NCBI GenBank assembly: GCA_030607575.1
Contig: JAUWJS010000002.1
Coordinates: forward strand, 1 to 62,439
Origin: Candidatus Heimdallarchaeota archaeon
GTDB lineage: Archaea > Asgardarchaeota > Heimdallarchaeia > Heimdallarchaeales > Heimdallarchaeaceae
DNA: 62,439 bases
Direction of reading: 5' to 3'
The first letter of the stretch is position 1. Each line of letters opens with the position of its first letter. The notes beneath the pieces were generated by a model, which saw only the letters and a list, made by a program, of their open reading frames with translations, was not told the origin of the DNA and made no database searches. A program made the position numbers and the translations under genes. Of the stretch, positions 28,200 to 37,784 are shown in pieces.

Positions 28200-29447
28200 A
28201 TGCCATTTAGTTCTCGAATACCTAATTTTTACAATCTCTCAATGGAAGAAAAACGAAATAAAATTGCAGATTTATGCAATTTAACTAATGAAGAAATCGA
28301 AATTCTAAAAGGACAAGGTATCAAAGATGAAACTCTTAGTTACTTGATTGAGAATATGATCGGTAGAGTTGTTTTGCCATTAGGAATTGCAACCAATTTC
28401 ACAGTCAATGGAAGAGATCATCTTGTCCCGATGGCCGTGGAAGAGTCTTCTATTGTAGCAGCTGCAAGTCACGCAGCAAAAATAGCTAGAAAGAAGGGAG
28501 GATTTGAAGCAGAATATACGGGTTCAATAGCTATTGGACAAATCCAAATATTAGGTATAGACGATTTCAAAACAGCTTCTTCAAACATTCTTATGAATAA
28601 AGATAATTTGCTAGAACTTGCTAATTCAACAAATGAAAAACTGGTAGATCTAGGAGGTGGAGCCAAAGATATTGAAATTTGTGAAGTAGATGGAAAGATT
28701 GAGAAATACTTGGTGGTTCATTTAATTGTTGATGTAAAAGATGCTATGGGAGCAAATGCAGTAAATACAATGTTAGAGAAAATTAAATCTGAGATAGAGG
28801 ACTTTACTTCTGGAGAAGTTTTGCTTAAAATAATCTCTAATTATGCAGTTCGAAGATTGGTTAAAGTCAAAGCTGTTTTTGATAAGGAAGATTTGGGTGG
28901 AGAAGATATTGTTGATAAAATTCTTTTAGCACATGATTTTGCAGACCATGATATTTACAGATGTACAACTCATAATAAAGGGATTATGAATGGAATAACA
29001 GCTGTTCTACTAGCTACAGGTAATGATTCAAGAGCTGTAGAAGCAGGAGCTCATGCTTTTGCTGTTAAAGAAGGAAGATACAGATCATTGTCTAGATTTG
29101 AGAAGAATAAAGATGGTGATTTAGTAGGTTATCTTGAAGTACCAACTTTTGTAGGAATCCTAGGTGGTGCAATGAATGTTAATCCAATTTACAAACTTTC
29201 TTTCAAAATAATGGGTATTCAAAGTGTTAAAGAATTTGCAGAAGTATTAGGCGCAGTTGGTTTAGCTCAAAATCTGGCAGCACTTAGGGCGTTGTGTTCA
29301 GAAGGAATTCAAAAAGGTCATATGAGCTTACATGCAAGAAACATTGCAATTACTGCTGGAGCAAAAGGTGAAAATATTGAAAGAATTGCTCAACAAATGA
29401 TAAAAGAAGAAAAAATCTCTTTTGACAGAGCAAAAGAACTTCTTTAG
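28200..29447 (+). CDS. HMG-CoA reductase, class II type
   Basis: 415 aa. ENMIGRVVLPLGIATNFTVNGRDHLVPMAVEESSIVAA, DVKDAMGANAVNTM, GILGGA and GHMSLHARNIAITAGA match class II (MvaA-like) rather than class I signatures. Confidence 0.85.
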   Translation: MPFSSRIPNFYNLSMEEKRNKIADLCNLTNEEIEILKGQGIKDETLSYLIENMIGRVVLPLGIATNFTVNGRDHLVPMAVEESSIVAAASHAAKIARKKGGFEAEYTGSIAIGQIQILGIDDFKTASSNILMNKDNLLELANSTNEKLVDLGGGAKDIEICEVDGKIEKYLVVHLIVDVKDAMGANAVNTMLEKIKSEIEDFTSGEVLLKIISNYAVRRLVKVKAVFDKEDLGGEDIVDKILLAHDFADHDIYRCTTHNKGIMNGITAVLLATGNDSRAVEAGAHAFAVKEGRYRSLSRFEKNKDGDLVGYLEVPTFVGILGGAMNVNPIYKLSFKIMGIQSVKEFAEVLGAVGLAQNLAALRALCSEGIQKGHMSLHARNIAITAGAKGENIERIAQQMIKEEKISFDRAKELL

Positions 29448-29494
29448 ATGTTAAACTAGAGAAAATATGAAAAACTTTTATTCTAATCTGTTTA

Positions 29495-30337
29495 TTGAGA
29501 ATTATGGATAAAGAAAAAGCTAAGATAGAAGCAGATAAACCTGTCTTCGAAGAGGGAAAACAATATCATATTGAATGCAAACCTGGAGATTTGAAAGGAC
29601 CTGTACTTCTTCCTGGAGATCCTGAGAGAGCGAGAAGAATAGCTGGAACATGGGAGGAGTTTAAGGAAATTGCAGCTCATAGGCAATACTTTTCCTATAC
29701 AGGCAAAGTTCATGGATTTCCAATTAGCGTTACATCTACAGGTATTGGAACACCCGCTTGTGAAATAGCCATTACAGAATTACTCAATATTGGTTGTGAT
29801 ACTTTCATAAGAGTAGGCTCTACAGGTGCTATTCAACCGGGATTAGAATTAGGAGATCTGATAATTAACACAGCTGCAGTCAAGATGGAGGGATCTAGCA
29901 AATATTACGTGCCAGCAGATTACCCAGCTTCAGCACACTATGAAGTCATTCTAGCACTTATAGAAGCATGTGAAGTTTTAGGATTTACATATCATTTAGG
30001 AGTAGCTGCCTCATCTTCCAGTTTTTATCTTGGACAAGGAAGACCAGGATATAAAGATTATAAGATATCGAAAACAGATAAAATTGTCCCAGACCTCCAA
30101 AAGATGGGGGTAATGAATCTCGAAATGGAAGCGTCACATATATTTACATTAGGTCAAATCTATGGAGCTAGAACTGGAGCTATTTGTGCCGTGTATGCAA
30201 ACAGAGTTTCTAATGAATTTGGAACAAAAGGAGAAAAAGAAGCAATAACAGCTGCAAATTATGCAGTCAAAGTTCTAGCAGAAATGGATGAAGAAAAAAG
30301 CAATAAAGGGACAAAGCACTGGTACAGAATGAAATGA
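29495..30337 (+). CDS. Nucleoside phosphorylase (uridine phosphorylase-like, PNP_UDP_1 family)
   Basis: 280 aa. LLPGDPERA, SVTSTGIG, IRVGSTGAIQ and NLEMEAS motifs. The probable true start is ATG at 29504 (MDKEK). Confidence 0.7.
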   Translation: MRIMDKEKAKIEADKPVFEEGKQYHIECKPGDLKGPVLLPGDPERARRIAGTWEEFKEIAAHRQYFSYTGKVHGFPISVTSTGIGTPACEIAITELLNIGCDTFIRVGSTGAIQPGLELGDLIINTAAVKMEGSSKYYVPADYPASAHYEVILALIEACEVLGFTYHLGVAASSSSFYLGQGRPGYKDYKISKTDKIVPDLQKMGVMNLEMEASHIFTLGQIYGARTGAICAVYANRVSNEFGTKGEKEAITAANYAVKVLAEMDEEKSNKGTKHWYRMK

Positions 30338-30403
30338 GTGGGTTTTTAATAGATATTTTTAATTAATCCAAACGTCTAATTAATTAACTTTTGAGGGAGG
30401 GAG

Positions 30404-30438
30404 GGTGAATCCCTGCAAAATGAGTATAGGGATTCACC
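30404..30438. other. Perfect 11-bp hairpin (GGTGAATCCCT / AGGGATTCACC, 13-nt loop) in a convergent intergenic region
   Basis: Read directly: 30404-30414 pairs with 30428-30438. It is immediately preceded by GAGGGAGGGAGGG (30393-30405). Confidence 0.6.
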
Positions 30439-30534
30439 AAGATACCTTCCTTTTCAACTTTATAAACTCTTCGCAAAAGACGATAAGAACCACTAAAACC
30501 TTGTTCTTTGGGAGTATTAAGGCTTATTTGCATT

Positions 30535-31302
30535 TTACATTTTAGCAATGCCAGGGAAGTAATAATCTCCTGATTCTTCTTCCAGTATTGCTAAATCCAT
30601 CTTCATCATCAACGTCAACGTGCTTTGAGCTCTTTCCATTGACCATCCTAAATGACTTGCAACTTTATCCACTGATAATGATGGTAATCCTGTAGCTAGC
30701 ATTAATATCTCTTGTATATCATTTGACATTTCGATTGGTTTGAATCTAATCAAAACCTCTTCTTCTCCAAGATCTACTTTTGGTGGTATTACTTCTTTCT
30801 CTTCTAGTTTACGTATTACTTCTAGAATCTCCCCAGTTCCTACCTTCCAGTTTGGTCTTGTTTCCCTAAAGTAATCTATGAGGTTCACAACTGTAATTGC
30901 ACTACCAATATCCTCTAGTTCTTCAGTTCCTATGACCATTATTTCTTGAACAAGTTTTTGTTTGAATTCATCTTTACCAAACAACATTGGAGTTTTTACT
31001 TTGCCTGCAGTTCCTATTGTTTCTGCCATTCCTGCTCTTTTACGAAGTTCAAGTACCTTACCAACTAGCATTTTAGAAGCTATAAGATCTTTTTCTGATT
31101 TCTTTTCAATCCTCTCTATTCCTTCTTCAAAGACTTCTTTCCTTCTTTCTTCATCTTGCCTTTGAGCATCCTTCAGCCCTGCATCAAATGATTTGTAAGC
31201 ATCTGAAATATCTGAACGAATGTCTTTTTTTTCTTCTTTTTGCTTCTTTTGTTTGCCATTTCTTTTATCAGGTACCATTATTATCAAAATGAATCTAGCC
31301 AC
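30535..31302 (-). CDS. EAP30/Vps22-Vps36-like (ESCRT-II-type) tandem winged-helix protein
   Basis: 255 aa. Lys/Glu-rich N-terminus, then two WH-like units. EILEVIRKLEEKEV..VLIRFKPIEMSNDIQEILMLAT..LSVDKVASHLGWSMERAQSTLTLMMKMDLAILEEESGDYYFPGI aligns by eye with human SNF8 DLIRAIKKLKALG..YLIQSVPAELNMDHTVVLQLAE..VTVSEIKASLKWETERARQVLEHLLKEGLAWLD..HYWLPALF. Confidence 0.6.
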   Translation of the reverse strand: MARFILIIMVPDKRNGKQKKQKEEKKDIRSDISDAYKSFDAGLKDAQRQDEERRKEVFEEGIERIEKKSEKDLIASKMLVGKVLELRKRAGMAETIGTAGKVKTPMLFGKDEFKQKLVQEIMVIGTEELEDIGSAITVVNLIDYFRETRPNWKVGTGEILEVIRKLEEKEVIPPKVDLGEEEVLIRFKPIEMSNDIQEILMLATGLPSLSVDKVASHLGWSMERAQSTLTLMMKMDLAILEEESGDYYFPGIAKM

Positions 31303-31447
31303 CCTTATATAAAAAAATATTCAATTAAGTACATCAAAACGTTTTTAGTCAATATGAAAATATGGCATTATTGAAGAAGAGAATAATGAAATAAACTTTA
31401 GGGTGAATTACTTTATTTTTAGTACTCAAAATTACAAGGCGTAAATA

Positions 31448-32806
31448 ATGAACGATATAAATATTACAGCTTACGGTGCTACTGATTATGTAGGAAGAAG
31501 CAGTTTTCTTCTACACAATAGAGACCATAATATACTTCTAGACTGTGGTCTACAATTGGTTTCTAAACAATTATCTGTTGCTCCAAAAGGAGTAGATAGT
31601 ATAGCACACAAAGTTGATTCAGTTCTTCTAAGTCATGCACATATAGATCACTCTGGATATATGCCAGCTTTATCTAAGCATGGTTTTAAAGGAAATTACT
31701 ACATGACTCATCCTACTAAGGAAATAGTTTACAAACTCTGGCTAGATCATCTAAAAATTGAAGGAAGAAGACATTGGTCAGAGTCTGATTTGGATAAAGT
31801 ATTTCAAAGTATAAAAACTACAGAATATGAAAAACCATTCAAAGTAGCAGATGGAATTACTGCACGTTTAATTAATGCTGGGCATGTTCTAGGAGCAGCT
31901 CAAATACTTCTCGATTGGGAAGGAACATTGATTCTCTATACTGCTGATATAAATGATAGAATAACTCCTATGTTTGATGGATATGATTTGCCAGATGAGG
32001 AAATAGATATTCTATTAATAGAATCTACCAATGGAGATCGCTATGTACCTGAGAGATCAAAGATAGATGTTGGTCTTCGACTTATGGCTAAACAAATAAC
32101 AGATGAAAAAAATAAAATGCTTTTACCATCTTTTGCAGTAGGTAGGTCTCAGGAAACGTTGATCACCTTAGCTTTAGATGACGATTTGGATGATGTACCT
32201 ATTTACATAGACGGAATGATAAACCATATGAATATGGTTACAGAACACTTTCTAAGTGATAAGTGGGTATCTAAACGTTTTCTCAGTCAGTTGAACGACG
32301 CAGGTCTTTATTCACCTTTCGAAAAACAAAATTTTATTCCTGTTCCCTCAATTTCAAACAGAACACACAATTCTAGAAAATACATCTCAAAAAATGAAGA
32401 GGGATCAATCATTGTTACTACTTCTGGTATGCTAGAAGGCGGTCCTATTCACACTTATTTGGAACTATGTGGGACCAATCCTAATAATGTCCTAGGATTT
32501 ACTGGCTACCAAGTAGAAGGAACAACTGGAAGAGACATATATGATGGGAACAAAAACATTACACTTCAAACAAGCTATGGGCAACCAAAGAAAATCCACT
32601 TAAAGGCAAAAGTAATGAAATTCCCATATTCTGGACATAGTTCAGTAGATGGTTTGAAAGCAGTAATGGAGAAAACAAGAGCAGATGAGATTGTTTTAAT
32701 TCATGGCGATAAAAGAAATCAAGAATACATTCTCAACTATGTCAAGGATGTTGCTAAACCAAGAATCCTGCAGGAAGAAGTACCTATCAAGTTAGTGAGT
32801 TTGTAG
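31448..32806 (+). CDS. Metallo-beta-lactamase/beta-CASP ribonuclease (aCPSF2-like)
   Basis: 452 aa. HAHIDHSGY (HxHxDH), later GH and HGD motifs; the length fits the short archaeal beta-CASP group. Confidence 0.7.
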   Translation: MNDINITAYGATDYVGRSSFLLHNRDHNILLDCGLQLVSKQLSVAPKGVDSIAHKVDSVLLSHAHIDHSGYMPALSKHGFKGNYYMTHPTKEIVYKLWLDHLKIEGRRHWSESDLDKVFQSIKTTEYEKPFKVADGITARLINAGHVLGAAQILLDWEGTLILYTADINDRITPMFDGYDLPDEEIDILLIESTNGDRYVPERSKIDVGLRLMAKQITDEKNKMLLPSFAVGRSQETLITLALDDDLDDVPIYIDGMINHMNMVTEHFLSDKWVSKRFLSQLNDAGLYSPFEKQNFIPVPSISNRTHNSRKYISKNEEGSIIVTTSGMLEGGPIHTYLELCGTNPNNVLGFTGYQVEGTTGRDIYDGNKNITLQTSYGQPKKIHLKAKVMKFPYSGHSSVDGLKAVMEKTRADEIVLIHGDKRNQEYILNYVKDVAKPRILQEEVPIKLVSL

Positions 32807-32807
32807 A

Positions 32808-33449
32808 ATGAAAATTAACAATCCTCCTTATCTGCAGATTGCATTAGATTTGGTCAACAAGACAGAATTGGAAAGGATTTTATCAGAAATTCCAGAATCA
32901 GATAAAATTCTATTAGAAGCAGGAACACCTCTGATTAAAAAATTCGGGATTGATATTGTGAAATTTATACGTGAATTTCATCCATTTTCATATTCTATTG
33001 CAGATATGAAGACACTAGATGTGGGCTGGTTAGAGGTTCAAATTGCAGCAGAAGCTTCAGCGAATGCTGTAGCAATAAGTGGATTAGCCCCTTATGAAAC
33101 CCTTATTTCATCAATTGAAGAAGCTGAAAAAAGAAATGTTGATATTTTATTAGATTGTATAAACGTTGAATCACCATCTACAATTCTTGAGAATTTAACA
33201 AAGAAACCAGAAGTTGTACTTTTTCATAGAGGAATAGACCAAGAGGGAAAAGTAGATCATCCTTGGAATAAAATTAAAATAATCAGAGAAAGGTTTCCAG
33301 AATGTAAAATAGCTGTTGCTGGAGGACTAAATCTCGAAACAAGTTCTCGAGCTCTCAATAATGGAGCAGACATTATAATTGTTGGTAGAGCAATTACTCA
33401 AGCAGAAAACATTAAAGTCACAATTAACAAATTTCTTCATTTGCTTTAA
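32808..33449 (+). CDS. hps: 3-Hexulose-6-phosphate synthase (OMP-decarboxylase fold)
   Basis: 213 aa. YLQIALDL, IADMKTLDVGWLEVQIAAEA, AVAGGL and IIVGRAIT match HPS family motifs. Confidence 0.7.
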   Translation: MKINNPPYLQIALDLVNKTELERILSEIPESDKILLEAGTPLIKKFGIDIVKFIREFHPFSYSIADMKTLDVGWLEVQIAAEASANAVAISGLAPYETLISSIEEAEKRNVDILLDCINVESPSTILENLTKKPEVVLFHRGIDQEGKVDHPWNKIKIIRERFPECKIAVAGGLNLETSSRALNNGADIIIVGRAITQAENIKVTINKFLHLL

Positions 33450-33471
33450 GAAGAAAATCAGTTTAGATTCA

Positions 33472-34365
33472 TTAGAATTCATGCATTGTCCCCTTGTACC
33501 TGATTTTTGAATATATTTTCTTGTAGGTTAAATCAAACAGAATCAAAATTATTATTGACATAAGTATTAACATAACAACTGACCCCCAAACTATACCATT
33601 AATAAGAGTTCCTTGTCCAAATAAACAGAGTCTAAATGATTGAACAGCGAGCGTCATCGGAGAGATATATGCAATTATTCTCAACCAATCAGGGAAGAGG
33701 GAGAGAGGAAAAAGACTTCCACTTAATAGATGCATAACACCTATAATTACCATAGAAATCTCTCTTCCCCTCTTCACAAGTATGGTTACGTTTGCAGCCA
33801 ATAGAGATAGGGAAAAGAAAAAGAAAATGACGCAAACTATAACCAACAGAAAGGATAGAACAGATAAAAGGCTAAGATTGAGACCTCTGAAAACCGGAAA
33901 AATCAGAAGAACAGGAATATAATAAATAAATGAAAATACTAAACTATAAAACACTTCAAATGTGATTTCAGAAACAAAATATTTTTTCAGGCCAAAGGGT
34001 TGAGTTGCTAAAGTTTCGAACGTACCTTGCTTCATCTCACTTGTGAAACTGTTCATTGATTTCTTGAGTATACGAGTAGATATATCTACTAACATGCTCC
34101 CTGCAAAAATATATGTCACACTACTCACAATGTAACCATCTTGGCTTATGGATTGGTTGGGAACAAGGTTACCTATGTAAAAGAATAAACTAGCAACTGC
34201 GAAAGTATTTACAAATCCTAAAAATAATGTAAACTTATACTGCCATATTATCTTTATATTTCTGTAAAAAGTTGCTTTAAATCCCATCCAAAAAGATGTG
34301 GATAAATCTGAATGTTGGAATTCTTCAATTACTGTGCTAGCCTTTTTTGTTGACATTAGTACCAA
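33472..34365 (-). CDS. ABC-2 type transporter permease
   Basis: 297 aa with 6 predicted TM segments. Downstream of the ABC ATPase and overlaps the preceding permease by 10 nt. Confidence 0.55.
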   Translation of the reverse strand: MVLMSTKKASTVIEEFQHSDLSTSFWMGFKATFYRNIKIIWQYKFTLFLGFVNTFAVASLFFYIGNLVPNQSISQDGYIVSSVTYIFAGSMLVDISTRILKKSMNSFTSEMKQGTFETLATQPFGLKKYFVSEITFEVFYSLVFSFIYYIPVLLIFPVFRGLNLSLLSVLSFLLVIVCVIFFFFSLSLLAANVTILVKRGREISMVIIGVMHLLSGSLFPLSLFPDWLRIIAYISPMTLAVQSFRLCLFGQGTLINGIVWGSVVMLILMSIIILILFDLTYKKIYSKIRYKGTMHEF

Positions 34366-35117
34366 TCTACTTTATTGTGCTTTTTCGAATGAGTAATACT
34401 TTTAGAAGCCAAGAAAATAGCTACAATTCCGAAAAATACAGAGGAAATTAACAAGATCATGCTGTTTGTTACAATTAGCTGCCAATTATTTTGATCTGCT
34501 AAAACAATTGAATGCAAAGCTTCCAAACCATACGTCAAAGGAAGCGTTCTAGATATGATCATCGGAAACCCCTTAAGTAATGATATTGGAAAAACAATTC
34601 CTGTGAATGTTATTGTAAGTTGATATAGTAAGGGAACTAGCCCACTATTTTTTTGATAGTAAATTGTGAATGAAGCAAAAATCATTGAAATTGACATATG
34701 AGCTATCAAAATTAACAAGAATAGTAAGATAACTAACATTACTTCTTGAATTGAAATAACATAAAAACTTCCCATGAATAAATAAGCTAAGAACAAAGCT
34801 GCAAAAACAGAAAGTGAAGAAAGAAAAACACCAGCTAAAGTACTACCTATAGAATACTCAATAAAGTTGAATTGAAGCAATAAATAAGACCAAGTTCCTG
34901 AAGCTATTTCATTGTAAATACTCCCACAAACGGTTGCCAGAGATGTCCCTATAATCATCTGCAAACTTAAACCTAGAAAACAAAATTCTAAATAGGTCGA
35001 TGGAATTCCAAATACAGTCATGTCCGGATTCATTTTACTAAAGAAGAAGTACATAACGATTGTAACAAGATTTAGGATAAATGTCATTAAATAGCTGCTT
35101 TTGTAACTCAATGCCAT
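34356..35117 (-). CDS. ABC-2 type transporter permease
   Basis: 253 aa polytopic membrane protein, in an operon with the ATPase at 35222-36301. Confidence 0.55.
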   Translation of the reverse strand: MALSYKSSYLMTFILNLVTIVMYFFFSKMNPDMTVFGIPSTYLEFCFLGLSLQMIIGTSLATVCGSIYNEIASGTWSYLLLQFNFIEYSIGSTLAGVFLSSLSVFAALFLAYLFMGSFYVISIQEVMLVILLFLLILIAHMSISMIFASFTIYYQKNSGLVPLLYQLTITFTGIVFPISLLKGFPMIISRTLPLTYGLEALHSIVLADQNNWQLIVTNSMILLISSVFFGIVAIFLASKSITHSKKHNKVDWY

Positions 35118-35221
35118 TTTTATTTTTGATTTGAAAATGATACTAATTCTTGAAAAGGGGTTACTTTTCTTAGATGCATAATTAAAGGAATTAAGTACAT
35201 CTACAAGTGGGTATATAATTT

Positions 35222-36301
35222 CTATACATCCTCCTCTTGCAATGGGAAAGTAAAGATCTCTTCTCTTGTATTTGAATTTCGAATTTCGTCACTTTTGTTT
35301 AAAGCTAGAAAAGCTAAGAATGATTCTTTGAGACTAGGCATATACGGTGCTATTTTGTAGATTTCTCCACTAGCACGTAAGATTAGTACAGTAATCCTTG
35401 ATATTGTATCATTAAGAGAGTGATCTATTGGACGAACTGTTGCTTCATAAACAAAATTCAAACCATCCTTTTCCTTTAGTGAAGTAATCTCAGCTCCTGC
35501 TGAATCTCTAACAAGTCTTTTGAAAATTTCAGTAGGTAATTGAGACATCCTAAATCCATCTGTTGGAAGTGGAGGTAAGGAGAAGATTAAATGAACATAT
35601 TCCTGAATGGCTTTCTGCTTGAAGATCTTTGGAGGACAATCTTGGATAATTTTTCCAGAATCAATAAGAATCAATCTAGAAGTAAGTTCATCTATTTCTG
35701 GGAAATTGTGACTTGTAAGGAGGATTGTTGTTCCAAATTCTCTATTGAATTCATTTAGTAAGTCTTTTGCCTTCTCTGAACTTTCAGCATCGAAACCTAG
35801 AGTTGGCTCATCTAATAATAAGACTTTAGGAAAGGGAACTAAGGATCTGATGAGAAGAACTTTGGCTTTCATACCTGTAGAAAGCTTCATTATTAGGGTA
35901 TTTTTTTTCTCCTCCAAATCGAAATAATTCAAGAGAGATTGGATTCTTTTCTTTGCTACCGTTTTACTTAAACCACTTAAAGTTCCATAGAACATTAAAT
36001 TGTCTAAAACTGATAGTCTATAATACAAACTCCTTCCACCTGTTTCTCCAAAAACAGCTCCAATAATCTGCCTGATTTTCTTATCCTCTTTAATTGAAAT
36101 ACCATCAATGTAAGCTTCTCCACTTGAAGGAAGAAGAAGAGTTGTAAGAATCTTTGTAAGTGTTGTTTTGCCAGCTCCGTTTGGGCCTAGAAGCCCCACA
36201 AATGAGCCCTCTTTGATTTTCAATGATACATTATTTAATGCATTTATTTTTTTTCCCTTTTTTGTAAATTGTTTACTTATGCTTTCAATCTCTATTGACA
36301 C
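35222..36301 (-). CDS. ABC transporter ATP-binding protein with ~130-aa C-terminal extension
   Basis: 359 aa. Walker A GPNGAGKTT, signature LSTGMKAK, Walker B LLLDEPT, plus an unassigned C-terminal domain. Confidence 0.8.
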   Translation of the reverse strand: MSIEIESISKQFTKKGKKINALNNVSLKIKEGSFVGLLGPNGAGKTTLTKILTTLLLPSSGEAYIDGISIKEDKKIRQIIGAVFGETGGRSLYYRLSVLDNLMFYGTLSGLSKTVAKKRIQSLLNYFDLEEKKNTLIMKLSTGMKAKVLLIRSLVPFPKVLLLDEPTLGFDAESSEKAKDLLNEFNREFGTTILLTSHNFPEIDELTSRLILIDSGKIIQDCPPKIFKQKAIQEYVHLIFSLPPLPTDGFRMSQLPTEIFKRLVRDSAGAEITSLKEKDGLNFVYEATVRPIDHSLNDTISRITVLILRASGEIYKIAPYMPSLKESFLAFLALNKSDEIRNSNTREEIFTFPLQEEDV

Positions 36302-36365
36302 ATTGCTTCACATAGACTGAAATATTTAAGCTCAACAAAATGAAAGGAATAGAATTCTCCTTCAA

Positions 36366-37727
36366 TCAAACAGAATTTTTCAATTCACCTTTCTTGAAAA
36401 TGAAGTAAAAAATTACTGTTATTGTCAGTATGATTCCAGTAATCCACGCAAATAACCAAGGATAGATTGGAGATATATTGTATAGAATTGTAGACAAATA
36501 GGTTGTACTTGTAATACCTAAGAAGAAACCTGTAGTTATAATTGAATAAATTATTGAGAAATGCGCTTTTGGTAATTCATATGTCAAGATTGTAAATACT
36601 ATTGGAAAAAACAATGCATGTCCAATGTTTTTAATAAATAATACTGAAGCATATACATATGCATTGCTTGGAATTAAGAATATGAGTAAATAATTCAAAG
36701 TAATAATAACAGATGCGCTAAGAAGGAGTGTTTTATTAGTTTTAGGTTTATTTGATATTATCCATCCCACGAACGGTGAAATAAGGACAAAACTTAACTG
36801 AGACAAACCTAAAATGGTTCCAATCGTTCTTTGGGTTAGAAAAAGGATATTTTTGCCATAAAGAGAGATTACAGGATCTGTTATACCTGAGATTACTCCA
36901 AATATAATGAAACTTAATGTGAAAAAGATAAGTGTTCTAGATTTGAATATTTTGAAATCTAATCTTGTTTTGTCACCTTTTTTAATATCTATTCTTCTGA
37001 CAAAATGAATTGTTTCAGCTTTTCCCTCAACAAAAAGAAGTTGAAATACTACTAAACCTAAAATTGCCACAATGAAACCAGATAATAGCATAACATAACC
37101 TGGAAGGAAATCTAGAACGAAACCTAAACTGATTGCTCCTATTAGTGTTCCTAATCTTCCAGAACTAGAAATAAGAGAGTTGTACAACCCTTTGTACTTA
37201 GACTTCAAATCAGACAATAGCGATCTACTGCATAAACCAAAGACATTATTCGTGAGTCTTAACATTACAAAAAACAATGCTAGAAGAGCAGTGTTATCTG
37301 TTAAGGCTAGTGAACCTACCGAACAAATCAACAAAATATATGATGCAACAATAGAAACTTTACGACCAAACTTTTCAACAAGCCAAGCGCTTGGAACTCT
37401 TCCAATTAGACCAGCAAATGTATAAGCTGTTGCTATAATCCCCCATCGAATTAATACTTCTGTTTCAATTCCTGATGTAAAATCGTTCAATTCATTGGGA
37501 AAGAAGTTATCAAATGACATGAAGAATGCATAGTTCATCATTTGAAAAGAAACTCTTTCTTGAATGTAAAGCGGAAATAGTTGTCTTATTGACATAAATA
37601 TTGCAAAACTGAGAAACTGTGATGTGAAAAAAGCTACTACTTCCCTAGTTTCGGGAGCTTTAAGAAGAGCTTTTATGTTCATTTGAATTTCAGTAGGAGG
37701 GGAAAGTTCAGTTTCTAGAGTAGGCAT
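36366..37727 (-). CDS. MFS-type transporter
   Basis: 453 aa with ~12 TM segments. The loop motif GRVPSAWLVEKFGRK resembles the MFS GxxxDRxGRK motif. Confidence 0.6.
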   Translation of the reverse strand: MPTLETELSPPTEIQMNIKALLKAPETREVVAFFTSQFLSFAIFMSIRQLFPLYIQERVSFQMMNYAFFMSFDNFFPNELNDFTSGIETEVLIRWGIIATAYTFAGLIGRVPSAWLVEKFGRKVSIVASYILLICSVGSLALTDNTALLALFFVMLRLTNNVFGLCSRSLLSDLKSKYKGLYNSLISSSGRLGTLIGAISLGFVLDFLPGYVMLLSGFIVAILGLVVFQLLFVEGKAETIHFVRRIDIKKGDKTRLDFKIFKSRTLIFFTLSFIIFGVISGITDPVISLYGKNILFLTQRTIGTILGLSQLSFVLISPFVGWIISNKPKTNKTLLLSASVIITLNYLLIFLIPSNAYVYASVLFIKNIGHALFFPIVFTILTYELPKAHFSIIYSIITTGFFLGITSTTYLSTILYNISPIYPWLFAWITGIILTITVIFYFIFKKGELKNSV

Positions 37728-37784
37728 TAAATCAACTCAGTCTTATAGGTATTTTGATTACAAGTTAGATGAACTATAAAAGAT

